A DNA stretch of 64,000 nucleotides from Azolla caroliniana (taxonomy: Eukaryota > Plantae > Polypodiophyta), in contig JBHGNT010000017.1 of NCBI GenBank assembly GCA_043228905.1, forward strand, positions 17,546,001-17,610,000, in the 5' to 3' direction. Positions 36,049 to 48,700 of this stretch are shown here, piece by piece (the stretch's first letter is position 1; every line of letters begins with the position of its first letter). The notes under the pieces are model-generated. The model had not been told where the DNA came from, did no database searches, and saw nothing but the letters and a program-made list of their open reading frames with translations. The translations under genes were made by a program, and so were the position numbers.

Positions 36049-39000
36049 CACATACTAAAGAGCAAACCCAAAGAAAACGATATAGCAGACTGGAACCTGG
36101 TGCCACGTATCCAATCGATCCTTGCATACCCGACATGGACACTACCCTATCAATGTCAGAAATGATCATCCGTGCAATACCAAAGTCACTGATATGTGCC
36201 TCAAAATCCTCATCAAGAAGAATATTGCTCGGCTTCAGGTCACAATGGAGAACACGGCCAAATCCTGTTTCCTTATGCAGATAAACCAATCCTTGTGCCA
36301 CTCCATGTGCAATATTAAATCTTTGTTCCCAACTTAACTTTGATGTATCTGTATGTAGATGCAGATCTAGGTTCCCATTTGGTATGTAATCTAGTATCAA
36401 GCATTTTGAATTTGCAGATGATAAGGTACCATATATTTTCACGAGATTTCGATGCCGAATTTGACCCAGTGTATTTGACTCTGATTGAAAACACTTTTCC
36501 ACCGCTGGACTGTTGTGGAGATTCAGTTTCTTGACAGCAACCACCATTCCACTACTTAAAACACCTTTGTAGACTGTGCTCGAGCCACCTCTACCAATAA
36601 TGTTAGCATCATTATATTTGTTTGTTGCACGAGAAATCTCTCGAGCAGAGAGTTTGATCCTTGGGTCGAATGTTACAACTTTAGTTTTCCTCCACTTTTT
36701 AACAGCAATAAAATAAGTGAGTATAGCGATTATTGCACAGATGAAAACCACAACTACGCAAATGAGTATAATTTTGGTTTTGGATATGCCATGCTCATGA
36801 GCTATGGATTCAGATGCTTTGATTGGACAACTTAATGTAAGTGGAGGCCCACATAGATCTGCATTTCCAAGATATGACTCATTCAAAAAGCTGCCAAACT
36901 GATTTCCTGTAAAAAGAAACAAATTTTACACATCACATAAAATTACATGCATAATCAAAATCTACATATAATGTAGAAAAATACAATCTATGAGATTCGT
37001 CTTGATATTCTTACTTGGGTTTATCTAGTATATTGCAAGTTATTCCAAAAACTCACATTGCACAAACTAAGTGTTGAAAACAATATATTATGCCAATGGT
37101 AAAAAATTGAAGAACGAAACACTTTTGATAGAAGTAGAACGTACCAGTTGGGATTAGCCCCGATAACTGATTGTTCGATAGATTTAGGAATGTTAGCGAT
37201 GTCAAACTTGTTAGTTGGGTAGGTATTGTACCAGTTAGCTGATTGTTCGAAAGATCCAACGATTCAAGTGTCAAAACATTTCCGAGACTATTTGGAATTA
37301 GCCCTGTTAGTAGATTTCTTGAAAGATTTAGGCTGAACAATCCAGTTAACGAGCTGATCTCATCAGGTATTGTACCAGACAGCTTATTTCCTGACAAATC
37401 TAAAGATACGACAACATCCAAAAGATAGGTGAAATATAATTCTGTACCCTTTGTAAAAACAGTCACATCATCAGTCCACAAAGTTTGGTGCGAATTAGTT
37501 TTACTTTCGTTCCTCTTGAAACCTTCCAAGTTGTATATGTCAGCTGGAATCATACCCGAGAATTGGTTGTTTGACAGTGCCAAAATCTGTAACTGATTCA
37601 AATTCCAGATCCATAAGGGAAGAACACCCTCTAGATTGTTAAAACCAACACTTAAAACCCTTAGATTCTTTAGTTGGCCCCAACCGTCAGGGAGAGGCCC
37701 ACTGAACTGATTACGTGAAAAATCTATTACCACCAAACTGCTGTCATTCACAAAGGAAGCAGGAAGGCTTCCATTAAAGCTGTTGTGTGCAAGTGATAGT
37801 GAATGTAGCTGGCGCAGTGACGTAAACTGATTTGGAACCTCCCCACTCAAAGAGTTATTGGAAAGTTTCAGCCATTGTAATTGAATACAATTGGCCAACT
37901 CAACTGGTAAACCACCTGAGAAATTGTTCATGGCCAAGTCTAAATAAACTATCTTTGTGAGTCTCCCTAATGAGGAAGGAATAGGCCCTTCAAGAAGGTT
38001 GGGATTAACCTCGAAATATAGAAGGTTTACAAGATTCCCTAACTCGGAGGGAAGGAATCCTGTGAAGTGGTTATTGCCAAGGTACAGCTTAGTTAAAGCA
38101 GTCATATCTCCTAGCTCCACTGGAATGTTCCCAGTCAAGTTATTGCTAAAGATAATGAAGATACTTAAGTTTTGAAGTTTACTTATCTCAACAGGCAGTT
38201 CACCGATGAGCCTATTGGAATAGAGATGTAGTTCTTTCAAGCTTATCATATCTCCGATCTCCCAAGGCAACTCTCCAGAAAGTTGGTTTTGCTGAGCGTA
38301 TAGGTATTGGAGGTTAGTGAAGTTTCCAATCTCCTTGGGGAAGCTTCCATTGAGATGGTTTTGAAATATGTCTAATATCTCAAGGCTACGAAGGCGGCAA
38401 AGTTCTGGTGGGATCACCCCATCAAGGTTGTTAAGCATGAGGAAAAGATGAATGAGCTTATCGAGCTTTCCCAGTTCAGGAGGTATGATTCCAATCAAGT
38501 TATTTTGACCCAAATACATGTATCTTAGATTGGTAAGGTTTCCAAGTTCAGGAGGTAAGGTACCAGTCAAAATCGGCATGTTGTGGAGTTGAAGTGTTTC
38601 GAGGGCAGTGAGACGGCCGAGGGAAGGTGGGATTGACCCACCCAAATTGCTGTTCTTGCTTAAGTCAAGCCAAATGAGGGATGTACAATTGCCGATTGAA
38701 GAAGGAATGGATCCAGATAGCAAATTCTCTTTGAAATCTAGATGGGTTAATGATGACAATTGACCTAATTGTTGAGGTATGGACCCAGTGAGGCTGTTCA
38801 TGGAGAGGTTAAGGTATAATAGGAAGGTGAGGTTGGAGAGGTAAGGGGATATAGTTCCTGTAAGGTTGCTTTGCCTGAGGTCTAGTGAGATCACTCTTCT
38901 TGTTCCATTGTGATTCCTGTTATTATTGTTGCAAGTGACCCCTGCCCAACTGGTGTTGCAAGGGAAGGAATCAGGTGAGGAGTTCCATGATCTGAGTCTA

Positions 39001-39194
39001 TGAAGTGGGTCTCCATTGATGCTAGATTTGAAGCTCAGTAGAGCTTCTTTGTCTATGATTTCTTCCTCTGGCATGGACAATATGGACAGGAATGGGCATG
39101 ACATAATGAGGAATAGCAAGAACAGGGGAGAAGTGGGGGTACCTGGGACTACTGAACTCGCCATGCGCTGTTTGGTTATCATCACCATCATCAT
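33674..39194 (-). CDS. LRR receptor-like kinase 1, join(39194-37145, 36906-36097, 34110-33674), ~1098 aa; island-domain ectodomain plus non-RD kinase
   Basis: Signal peptide, LRRNT (DKEALLSFK..W..C..WAGVTC), 19+4 LRRs, GNADLCG cap, TM helix. Kinase motifs GRGGSSTVYKG, VAVKKL, HCDLKPSN, DFG, GSIGYVAPEY. GT-AG phase-1 introns keep the frame. The start may be 39164. Confidence 0.93.
34840..35090 (+). mobile_element. Degenerate LINE RT fragment in RLK1 intron 2
   Basis: CCFRRAFNTIP and GLKRGCLHSPIFFGLYVDDL resemble the DFxKAFD and GVKQGCPLSP..F.LY.DDL RT motifs. Confidence 0.6.
35963..36045. repeat. (CT)n(CA)n microsatellite in RLK1 intron 2
   Basis: Directly visible. Confidence 0.95.
36097..36906 (-). 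CDS. RLK1 exon 2 (LRR C-cap, TM, kinase subdomains I-VIII)
   Basis: Acceptor TTTTACAG|GA; donor CCAG|GTT. Confidence 0.92.
37145..39194 (-). CDS. RLK1 exon 1 (signal peptide and LRR ectodomain)
   Basis: Within ORF 37053-39416; donor ACTG|GTACGT. Confidence 0.92.
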
Positions 39195-39556
39195 CACCAG
39201 TTTGCATCTTCTTTCTTCCCATCCTTTACTAAATTTCCTCTTTCTGTCTGTCTGTCTGCTACAGGAGTGTACTCTTCTTTCTTCTTTTGGGGTGAAGGTA
39301 CACAAGTATTTGTTCAGCATGTGCAATTTCTGCATGTATGGGATACATACATACGTTACTACGTATATATACATACATGCATACATACATACAATACATA
39401 CAATCATTACATGCATTCATACATACATATATACATACATACATACATTCATATATACCTATACATACATTCATTCATATATACCTATACATACATGCAT
39501 GCATATATGCATACATATATATATACCACTACACATACATAGGTAGAGAAGGCAAC

Positions 39557-39837
39557 CATAGTACGTCAATTTCATGTTCGTCTAGCATAACATTCGTTTT
39601 CCTACGTTGGAAAACGAATGCGAATGTTATTCAAACATTCTTGTGTTTTTGTTTTTTTCCCATTTTTTAATGTTTTGGTTTTTGTGTTTTTTCTATTTTT
39701 TAGGCTTATTTACCTCATAATAAATAGTTAATCCAAAAGTATGGTATTTATCATTCTTTGAGGGTGTTTTCCTTACGAGAATGATAGAAACATTCTCGAC
39801 TGCGAATGCACGAATGGTACGTATGGTTCATACTATG
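39557..39837 (-). mobile_element. hAT-type MITE, family 2 copy 2, upstream of RLK1
   Basis: Reverse complement of 28402-28670. TIR CATAGTA/TACTATG; TSD AAGGCAAC / A(T)AGGCAAC. Confidence 0.85.
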
Positions 39838-41570
39838 ATAGGCAACTATTAAGTTTTAGCATTTGTGTTTACATGCAATTCTATTGTCGAGGCATCAGAA
39901 AACAACAATCGGATGCCACTCGCCAAATCTCTTATAAGTACCTCCAGATGATATGCACTATAAGGCATTTAATGACCCTATTTGTCTTTCAATGGAATAG
40001 TGTACAAAAAGAAGCATGTATGTACTTGAGCCGAATCCACTTCAACTTATGGCTGAACTTAATCATGACTTTCTATATGTACAACCTTTGTACGAGATGG
40101 TAAATGGGAATGTCAACCACATTGTGGTATTTGCCTCCACTATGCATTTGTCTTACATACATTGCACACCTGATTTGCTTTTGTCTTACATGCATTCCAC
40201 ACGTTTTGCTGCTTTAGGTGATAGCGTAGAGAAAGTGCCAGTGAATGATGAGACTATGTATTTTTAACGACATGTAACAAGTGTGTACCATCATTTTAAC
40301 CGTGAATTCACCCAAGGAGCACCATTTGCTACCTCTGTGTGTTCTCACGACACAATGATATATCTTTGTGTAGTGAGAACACTTCGTCATTGTGCTTAAT
40401 ATCCTTCTTTAAATTAGGCCTTGTTACATAGATATGGCAAGGCTTCGCTCGTGACCCAAGACTCATTCATATACAAATAATTAAGTTCTACAAGGCCTAG
40501 TTAACAAAGGTTGTTGGGGTAGGATAGTTGGTGGAAATGTGTGTCTTATGGTTTTGAACATATATGGCTTGTGCCTAAATCTCCCATTCATGGCCTTCCA
40601 ACAGTTCTTAGGGCTATAATAAAGGTTGTACACTAATTACAAAACTATATACCATGATGATCTAACAATAAGCATTTGTGTCCTGCTGTCGTGATGTGGT
40701 GTGTACAATGGGAGAAAAAAATAAAAAATGCAAGTTTTACTATAAGTTAAGAATCTGGTTGAAATCAATTTTGGAAGAAAGGTAGAAAGAAGAAAATTAA
40801 GTACACTGAAAAAATAACTCAACGATAAGCGCTAACCAAGGGTGTGAAACTTGCTAAAGGTAATGGAGGGGAAAAGATGGACAAGCTATAATGCATGAAT
40901 GAGGATAGAACAACATTTGATGAATACATATACATTGACATACATTTTGAGAAACCTTGGCATCCACGGAAGGATTTGGACAAGTGCATGCTCAAAAGGA
41001 AAATCAATGGTGAATGCTAAAAGCGGTGATTCTATTTTAAATATTCGACAAGAGCGCATTTAGACATTTTTAGGAAATAAGCACCCATGCTTTTTCAACA
41101 AAAATAATCACAGGTACCAAATCACACAAACATTTGGGAGGCTCTCAACAATGAAGTCGACATGTCATCAATCATAGTCACCATGCGAAAACTCTAGGAC
41201 ATGCCTCTTGCAATCTTCTTTCTTTTAATTTCTTGACCCTATCCAAACGGGTTTAACAATTCATGTAATTAGATTGACTCAAGTCATTTGTGGCATCCAT
41301 AGACTATAACCACATTAATTCTTCCTGTATTTTCATATTATATTTCTAGATTTTATATTGAATGTGCTTTGTTTCATGTTTGTAAGTTCCATGAAAATTA
41401 AAACTGCCATTCTCCTTGTATTTTGTTCTCGAAAATCTATATGATATTCTAGCTTGAGTTTACAAGCAATTTGCGTAAGGAAAGAAACCTTGAGGGATTA
41501 GATTTTGCACACATTTGTGCAACACTCGAGCTTTGGTGAAAACAAAGAGTTGGACTTCACATTTACCTTA

Positions 41571-41644
41571 AACGAGCGATGGGATTCGAACCCACATTTC
41601 CAGATTTCATAAAATCTAGTGCCCTCCCATTAGGCAACGCTCGA
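41571..41644 (-). other. tRNA-like cloverleaf with a 10-nt anticodon loop
   Basis: CGAGCG/CGCTCG acceptor, GCCT/GGGC D stem, CTAGA/TCTGG anticodon stem, GTGGG-TTCGAAT-CCCAT T arm. Confidence 0.6.
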
Positions 41645-42339
41645 ACTCGTGATGAGCCTAACCATCAAGGGTCCCTAATATGGAACTGACATGTGGACTT
41701 ACTTATCCACATAATAGGACGCTAATGTTTCCATACAACAGAAGCATACCCAATACCAGACCTACAAGTGACATGCTTGGAAGTGGTGGATGAGTGTTGC
41801 ATCTATCACGCACTGCAAGAAAAAAACATCTAATATTCACCTTCTAGTAAATACAAAAAAGTAATAATGGGAGAGAGAATATAACATGGGGAAATCTTCT
41901 TTAGAAAACAAAAGATAGAGAAAAGTTGAAACCTTTCCAAGACTTGTTATATGTTCACAATAACATACAATATGATACCAGTTACAACATTGATACACAC
42001 ATTATGTATAACATGGAAAAGCTATGTTGCTCCCACTGGATGCACATGCACATGCACACTCCCATCTGAACGGCATAGAGCTAGTGGAATCACCTAGGTG
42101 CTTTTTTATTACGAAGTGCCTAAGTACAACTATGAAGGAGCATGATATAACAATGGAGGTGGAAGCAACATGGGTGATATTTTATTGCGGAACGCCTAAG
42201 CACAACTATGGAGCATGATACAACAAGGGAGGTAGAAGCTCATGTTCTCTTACACAAAGAATACACATACACATACACATACACATACATAAACAAGCCG
42301 TGTTCCCTTGGATAATTTTGGGTACCCTCTTTTTCTGAC

Positions 42340-42785
42340 TCATAAAGATGAAAGCGATGAATTCCCGGAGCCCATCGAAGTAGATTCACTAATAAAATTT
42401 GAGCAGGCATCCACATATGCGGATCCAAGTGATGGTTCCACTTGGACCTGAATTACCTTTCCTTGCTTCAGAAGAACTAAAGCATCGAGCACATCCAACA
42501 TTGTTGGCCGATCTTTCGGAGATTCCTTGGCACAAGACAATGCCAAAGCCAATACAGTGTATATGGTCTCGTGGTCCGCAAATCCAGCTTGGATTTCCTT
42601 CTTGAGGTCTGGATCAATCACATCCATCCAATTCCCATGTAAAGCAGATTGCACCCATTTGGGTAGGGTTTTCCCGTCCATGAAAATGTTGCTCGTCGGA
42701 CGCCGCTTTGTAATCATCTCTAATACCACCACCCCATAGCTATACACATCCACCTTTTCAGTCAATCTCTCCCCATATGCATATT
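42340..42785 (-). CDS. RLK2 exon 3 (kinase C-lobe)
   Basis: Acceptor GGCAG|AA; EYAYG..DVYSYG..DRPTM; TGA stop. Confidence 0.92.
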
Positions 42786-45700
42786 CTGCCAATTACAAAA
42801 CAGGGCAAATCATATAGAGACATCAAAATTAATTCCAATCTCAATCTCTCTCTTTCTCTCCTTTGGGACTTAACCACTAATGAACAGATGATGGAGAAGG
42901 CTGACCCAGGACACACTTTGGCAAAGGCTCACTCGAGCATCAAAAGCATAGGGAATCAAACTTATATTACCACATGGGATGTAACCATAGAGCAAGTAGA
43001 AGAATACGAACACCGATGGAGATTGTGAGTCTCAGGATACAATGCACATGGATCTTACCCAAACAAAATCATGGAGATCGTTGCTCCTCATGTCCGATCC
43101 ATTCAAGCACTCCAAGAACCCTAAGCTACTAGATGGCCTTGCAGGATGTAGGGGTTGAATGCATGACCTCATGGTCTTCACCAAACAACCTTACAAACCA
43201 GCTACATCCATTTGGTCATAGATCCAGCTCTTCTTGATTGTTATCGTTTTGTCTCCAGTAACGATATGAGATCTATGGTATGAGCTTGAGGTTTGCAATA
43301 TGGAATTATAATGAGCCACTAGAATTGGATGTGGACATGTTCTTTCGAGAATGCATTAAAGTTACTATGCTTTCCAAAGAGAAGTTACAACCTCTCATAT
43401 CCATTGCATTGCTCGTTGAGATGATACTGCTGAACACAAGTGGGGTTAGAATAAGAGTAGATAAGGAGGGACCTCAGTAAGTTGCCACGTTTTATTTCCC
43501 TCCTAGCATTTCCTGTTATGCCTCTCCCAAGGGACAATCGCCAGAGTATATCTTATTTTAGATAAGAATATCTAGGAGTTTTTGAGAGATGGAGAGGTGA
43601 TTGTTTCAATACTCACTGTCATAGGCATTATCACATCATGCATATATAGCTTATGTACATATTGTTCTATATCTTCATCAGTGAATTCGCCGATTGTATC
43701 TTCCTTTTTGCCCTGGAGTTGTCTCCATGCTAACTTTGGTTGTTGCAACCTGTCCTCTGGTTTCACAAACATGCAAATGCATTGTGGCACCTACAGAAAA
43801 CACAGTCTTGGTGGAAAAACCGGCTTACAAGCATATGGAGCTCTGGTCTTTCACTTCAGCTATGGAGATGCCTTTTGAATGTGCTGCCGACTGGGTCAAA
43901 TCTTCAAAAGCGATCGATAGCCTCGCTGCATTGTGCAAGATGTGGTGGAAGATTAGACACAGTCCCGCACTTATTATGGACTTGCTCATTCACTACAACA
44001 TTTGTACAAAGACAAGTGCATCTCTTTCTCACAAATTTCCAGGCCAAAGGTTTGGGAAACACTTTTGGCTATTTGGACAAATTCCGTGTGCCCTACTTGG
44101 CAAAGCCTATTTTCTCCAATGGACAAGATTTTGGGCACTCTGGACCATTTAGATAGCCTGCAATACTAAGGTCTTTGATCGAAACCAACTACATGAAGTT
44201 AGCTTCTTTAAGCAATCCCTCAAGCAATCTCTATTTGATTGTCCGCAACTTAGAGACATTACACTACAAATTTACACTCTTTACTTTGAGCGCTTTTAAG
44301 CTCTTTAGTGTCTAATCGACACGTGTATATTTCTCTTTATTCTTTGTGGGTTTTCACCTCACTTTGAGGTTTCCCACTAGTTATAAAAGTGTTACTAAAG
44401 AAAAAAAAAACATTTGCATTTCTTCTTTTCTTGCATTTTATATTATTGCCTCTTCTTTCTCCTTGCCAGTATTCAATATTGATACATTGTTAGGGCTTTC
44501 GCATTTTTACCTTCTGCAAGCTTCAACATTTATAGATGACCCTTGCATTCTTCATCAAACCAAGCATTTCATGGAAACTAAGCATTCGATGTCCACCTAC
44601 ATGTACACTAAAACATTGATACTCTACCTTGAGAATGACATCCTTTAATTGCTCCGAATTTGTTTTCACATCTTTACTAAAGGGAGAGGTTCGTGACATA
44701 ACTCTCAAGCTCATTTACAAATAGATTATCTTTTCCATAGCAAGGTCACATAATGTACCTCATTTCATTTTGTACTCTAATGCATTGGCCAATGTGTGAG
44801 TTTTTCAATGCAATCTGAAAGTACAATGTGTTAGAGCTAGATACTAATGTACGCATGAGATAAGGAAATAAGAGATAGATAGATAAGAGAGGAGAGTGAA
44901 AGAAGGGCGTCGATCCACCCGACCACCCCCAAGTGAAGGGATCAAGACGAACTCGAGCCTCGATCGGCGTCCCATACCACCGTTGTGGCGTTGCGTTGTA
45001 CCTGGTACTAACACACTCGCTTCAAGAGTTGATCACCATGAGGACAGAGTCTCAACGTAGTCGATAATGTGTCAAATGAGGGTAACTAGGCCTCATATTT
45101 ATAGCCAGACCTAAGGCCCCCAGGCAAGTTCACACTTGGCCTTAATGGGTTGTCTCAATCCCAAGGATTAAAAGTAATCCTTCCCTTCTTTACACTCTCA
45201 TTTAACCCCTCACACTTCATCCACATGTATAGAATATTATGGGATATTATATGGTCATGCCCGTAACACAATGGGTGACAATGGGCCAACATTAAATCAC
45301 TTCACAATGGATGCATCACATTCTTTACATAGTCGAATAGCTTCCTCCTTCTGAGAATGGAACACGTCAAAACATGCCATTGAAAATGCATGAGTGTCAT
45401 ACAATGTGCAAGTTTGTGCAATTATGCATGTGTATGAGAAGCCTACCGTAATCTGACATAATACCATCTTCTGACTCTCTCTCATACACTCAGATATGCA
45501 TGTATATAAGAACAAACCAAAGCAAAACAATATAGACTGCATACCTGGTGCCACATATCCAATGGATCCTTGCATACTCGACATAGAAACATCCCTATCA
45601 ATTTCAGAATTTATCATCCGTGCAATACCAAAGTCACTGATATGTGCCCCGAAATCCTCATCAAGAAGAATATTGCTTGGCTTCAGGTCACAATGGAGAA

Positions 45701-48700
45701 CGCGGCCAAATCCCGTTTCCTTATGCAGATAAACCAATCCTTGTGCCACTCCATGTGCAATATTAAATCTTTGTTCCCAACTTAACTTAAATGTATGTGT
45801 GTATAGATGCAAATCTAGGTTTCCATTTGGTATGTAATCCAATATCAAGCATTTCAAATTTGCAGATGATAAGGTACCAATTATTTTCACGAGATTTCGA
45901 TGCCGAATTTGACCTAGAGTATTTGATTCTGATACAAAACATTTTTCCACCTCTGGACTGTTGTGGAGATTCAGTCTCTTGACAGCAATCACCATTCCAC
46001 TACTTAAAACGCCTTTGTAGACTGTGCTCGAGCCACCTCTACCAATAATGTTAGCATCATTATAATTGTTTGTTGCACGAGAAATCTCTCGAGCAGAGAG
46101 TTTGATCCTTCGGTCGAATGTTACAACTTTAGTTTTCCTCCACTTTTTAGCAGCAACTAAAAAAGCGAGTATAGCAATTATTGCACAGATGAAAACCACT
46201 ACACAAATGATTATGATTTTGGTTTTGGATATGCCATGCTCATCAGCTATGGATTCGGACACTTTGAGTGAACAACTTAACGTAAGTGGAGGCCCACAGA
46301 GATCTGCATTTCCAAGGTATGACTCATTCAAAAAGCTGCCAAACTGATTTCCTGTAAAAGAAAACATCTTTTACATATAACACAAAAAATTATGTGCATA
46401 AATATAAATTTCTAAATCTTTTACATATAGCAATAGTCTCCAGCTATGGTCTAAAAAATTCCTCTTGATATTCTCACAATCTATTAAAAAAAAAAGTACC
46501 TTCAGAAATTCACATTCCACAACCCAAGTGTTGAAAGTGATATATCAAGCCAATGCTAACATCAGAATATCACTTTACACAACCCAAGAGTTGAAAATGA
46601 TTTATCAAGCCAATCCTAACAAATTGATGAATGAAAGCAAATCTGCCGTGATAGAAGTACAACATACCTGTTGGGATTGCCCCTGATAACTGATTGTTTG
46701 ATAGATTCAGAAAAGTTAGAGATGTCAAAGCTGTTAGTTGGGTAGGTATTGCACCACTAAGCTGATTGTTTGAAAGATCCAATGATTCAAGTGTCAGAAC
46801 ATTTCCGAGACTATTTGGAATTGGGCCTGTTAGTAGATTTCTCGAAAGATTTAGGCTGAACAATCCGGTCAATGAGCCAATCTCAATAGGTATGATACCA
46901 GACAGCTTATTCCCCGACAAATCCAAAGATATGATAACATCTAAAATATATGTGAAGTCTAATTGTGTACCCTTTGCATCAACAGTCACATAATCACTCC
47001 ACAAAGTTTCGTCCGAATTGATTTTACTTTCATTCGTCTTAAAACCCTCCAAGTTGTGTATGTCAGCCGGTATCGTACCTGAGAGCCGGTTGTTTGACAG
47101 CGCCAATATCTGCAACTGATTCAAATTCCAGACCCATAAGGGAAGAACACCCTCTAGGTTGTTATAACCAACACTTAAAACCCTTAGATTCTTCAGTTGA
47201 CCCCAACTGTCAGGCAGAGACCCACCAAACTGATTACGTGAAAAATCTAGTACCACCAAACTGCTCTCATTCACAAAGGAGGCAGGAAGGCTTCCATTAA
47301 AGCTGTTGTTTGCAAGTGATAATGAGTGTAACTGGCGCAGAGACGTGAATTGATTTGGAAACTCCCCACTCAAAGAGTTACTGGAAAGTTTGAGCCACTG
47401 TAACTCTACACAATTGGCCAACTCAACAGGTATACCACCTGAGAAATTGTTGATGGACAAGTCCAAATAAACTAGCTTTGTGAGTCTCCCTAATGTGGCA
47501 GGGATGGGCCCTTCAAGTAAGTTGGGACTAGCATCGAAATATACCAGGTTTACAAGATTTCCTAATTCTGGGGGTAGGAATCCTGTGAATAGGTTGTAAC
47601 CAAGGTACATCTGAGTTAAAGTAGTCATATTTCCTAGCTCCGCCGGAATGTTCCCACTGAACCCATTGTTACGGAGAACGAAGAGACTCAAGTTCCGAAG
47701 CTTAGTTATCTCAATGGGCACTTCACCGGTAAACTTATTGTTAAAGAGTTGCAGTACTTCCAAGCTTCTCATGTCTCCGATCTCCCGGGGCAACTCTCCA
47801 GAAAGATCGTTCTGCTGAACATATAGGTATTGGAGGTTAGTGAGGTTTCCAATTTCCTTGGGTAGGCTTCCATTGAGATGGTTTTGAAATACGTTCAATG
47901 TCTCAAGGCTACGAAGATGCCCGAGTTCTGGTGGGATAACCCCACCAAGGTTGTTGATCATGAGGAAAAGTTGAAGGAGCTTACTGAGATTACCGAGCTC
48001 TGGAGGTATGCTTCCAGTCAAGTTATTTTGACCCAAATACATGTACTTTAGATTGGTAAGGTTTCCAAGCTCCGGGGGTATGGTACCCGTCAAATTCGGC
48101 AGGTTGTGGAGTTGAAGCATTTCAAGAGCAGCGAGACGGCCGAGGGAAGGTGGGATTGACCCGAACACATCGATGTTCTTGCTTAAATCAAGCCAGAAAA
48201 GGGATGTACAATTGCCAATTGAAGCAGGTATGGGCCCAGATAGCAAATTCTCTTTGAAATCTAGATGGGTTAGTGATGACAATTGACCTAACTGTTCAGG
48301 TATGGAGCCAGTGAGGCCATTGAGGGAGAGGTTAAGGTATGTTAGGAAGGTGAGGTTGGAGAGGTAAGGGGATATGGTTCCTGTAAGGTTGCTTTGCCTG
48401 AGGTCTAGCGAGGTCACTCTGCTGGTTCCATTCTGATTTGTGGTGTTATTGTTGCAAGTGACCCCTGCCCAGCTGCTGTTGCAAGGGAAGGAATCAGGTG
48501 AAGTGCTCCATGAGCTTAATAGACGGAGTGGGTCACCATTGATGCTAGCTTTGAAGCTCAGTAGAGCTTCTTTGTCTATGGTTTCTTCCTCTGCTACGGA
48601 CAATGTGCACAGGAATGGGCATGAAATGATGAGGAATAGAAAGAACAGGGGAGATGGGAAGATACCTGGGATAACTGAACCAGCCGTGCTGTGTTCTGCC

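Noticed and set aside
39195-39670. N-terminal extension of ORF 37053-39416 and the overlapping H/T/Y/I-rich ORFs
   Set aside because: They are translations of (TACA)n simple repeats upstream of the signal peptide.
40339-40382. Hairpin GTGTTCTCAC..GTGAGAACAC as a miRNA precursor or Helitron end
   Set aside because: Too short for a pre-miRNA and no properly spaced CTRR terminus.
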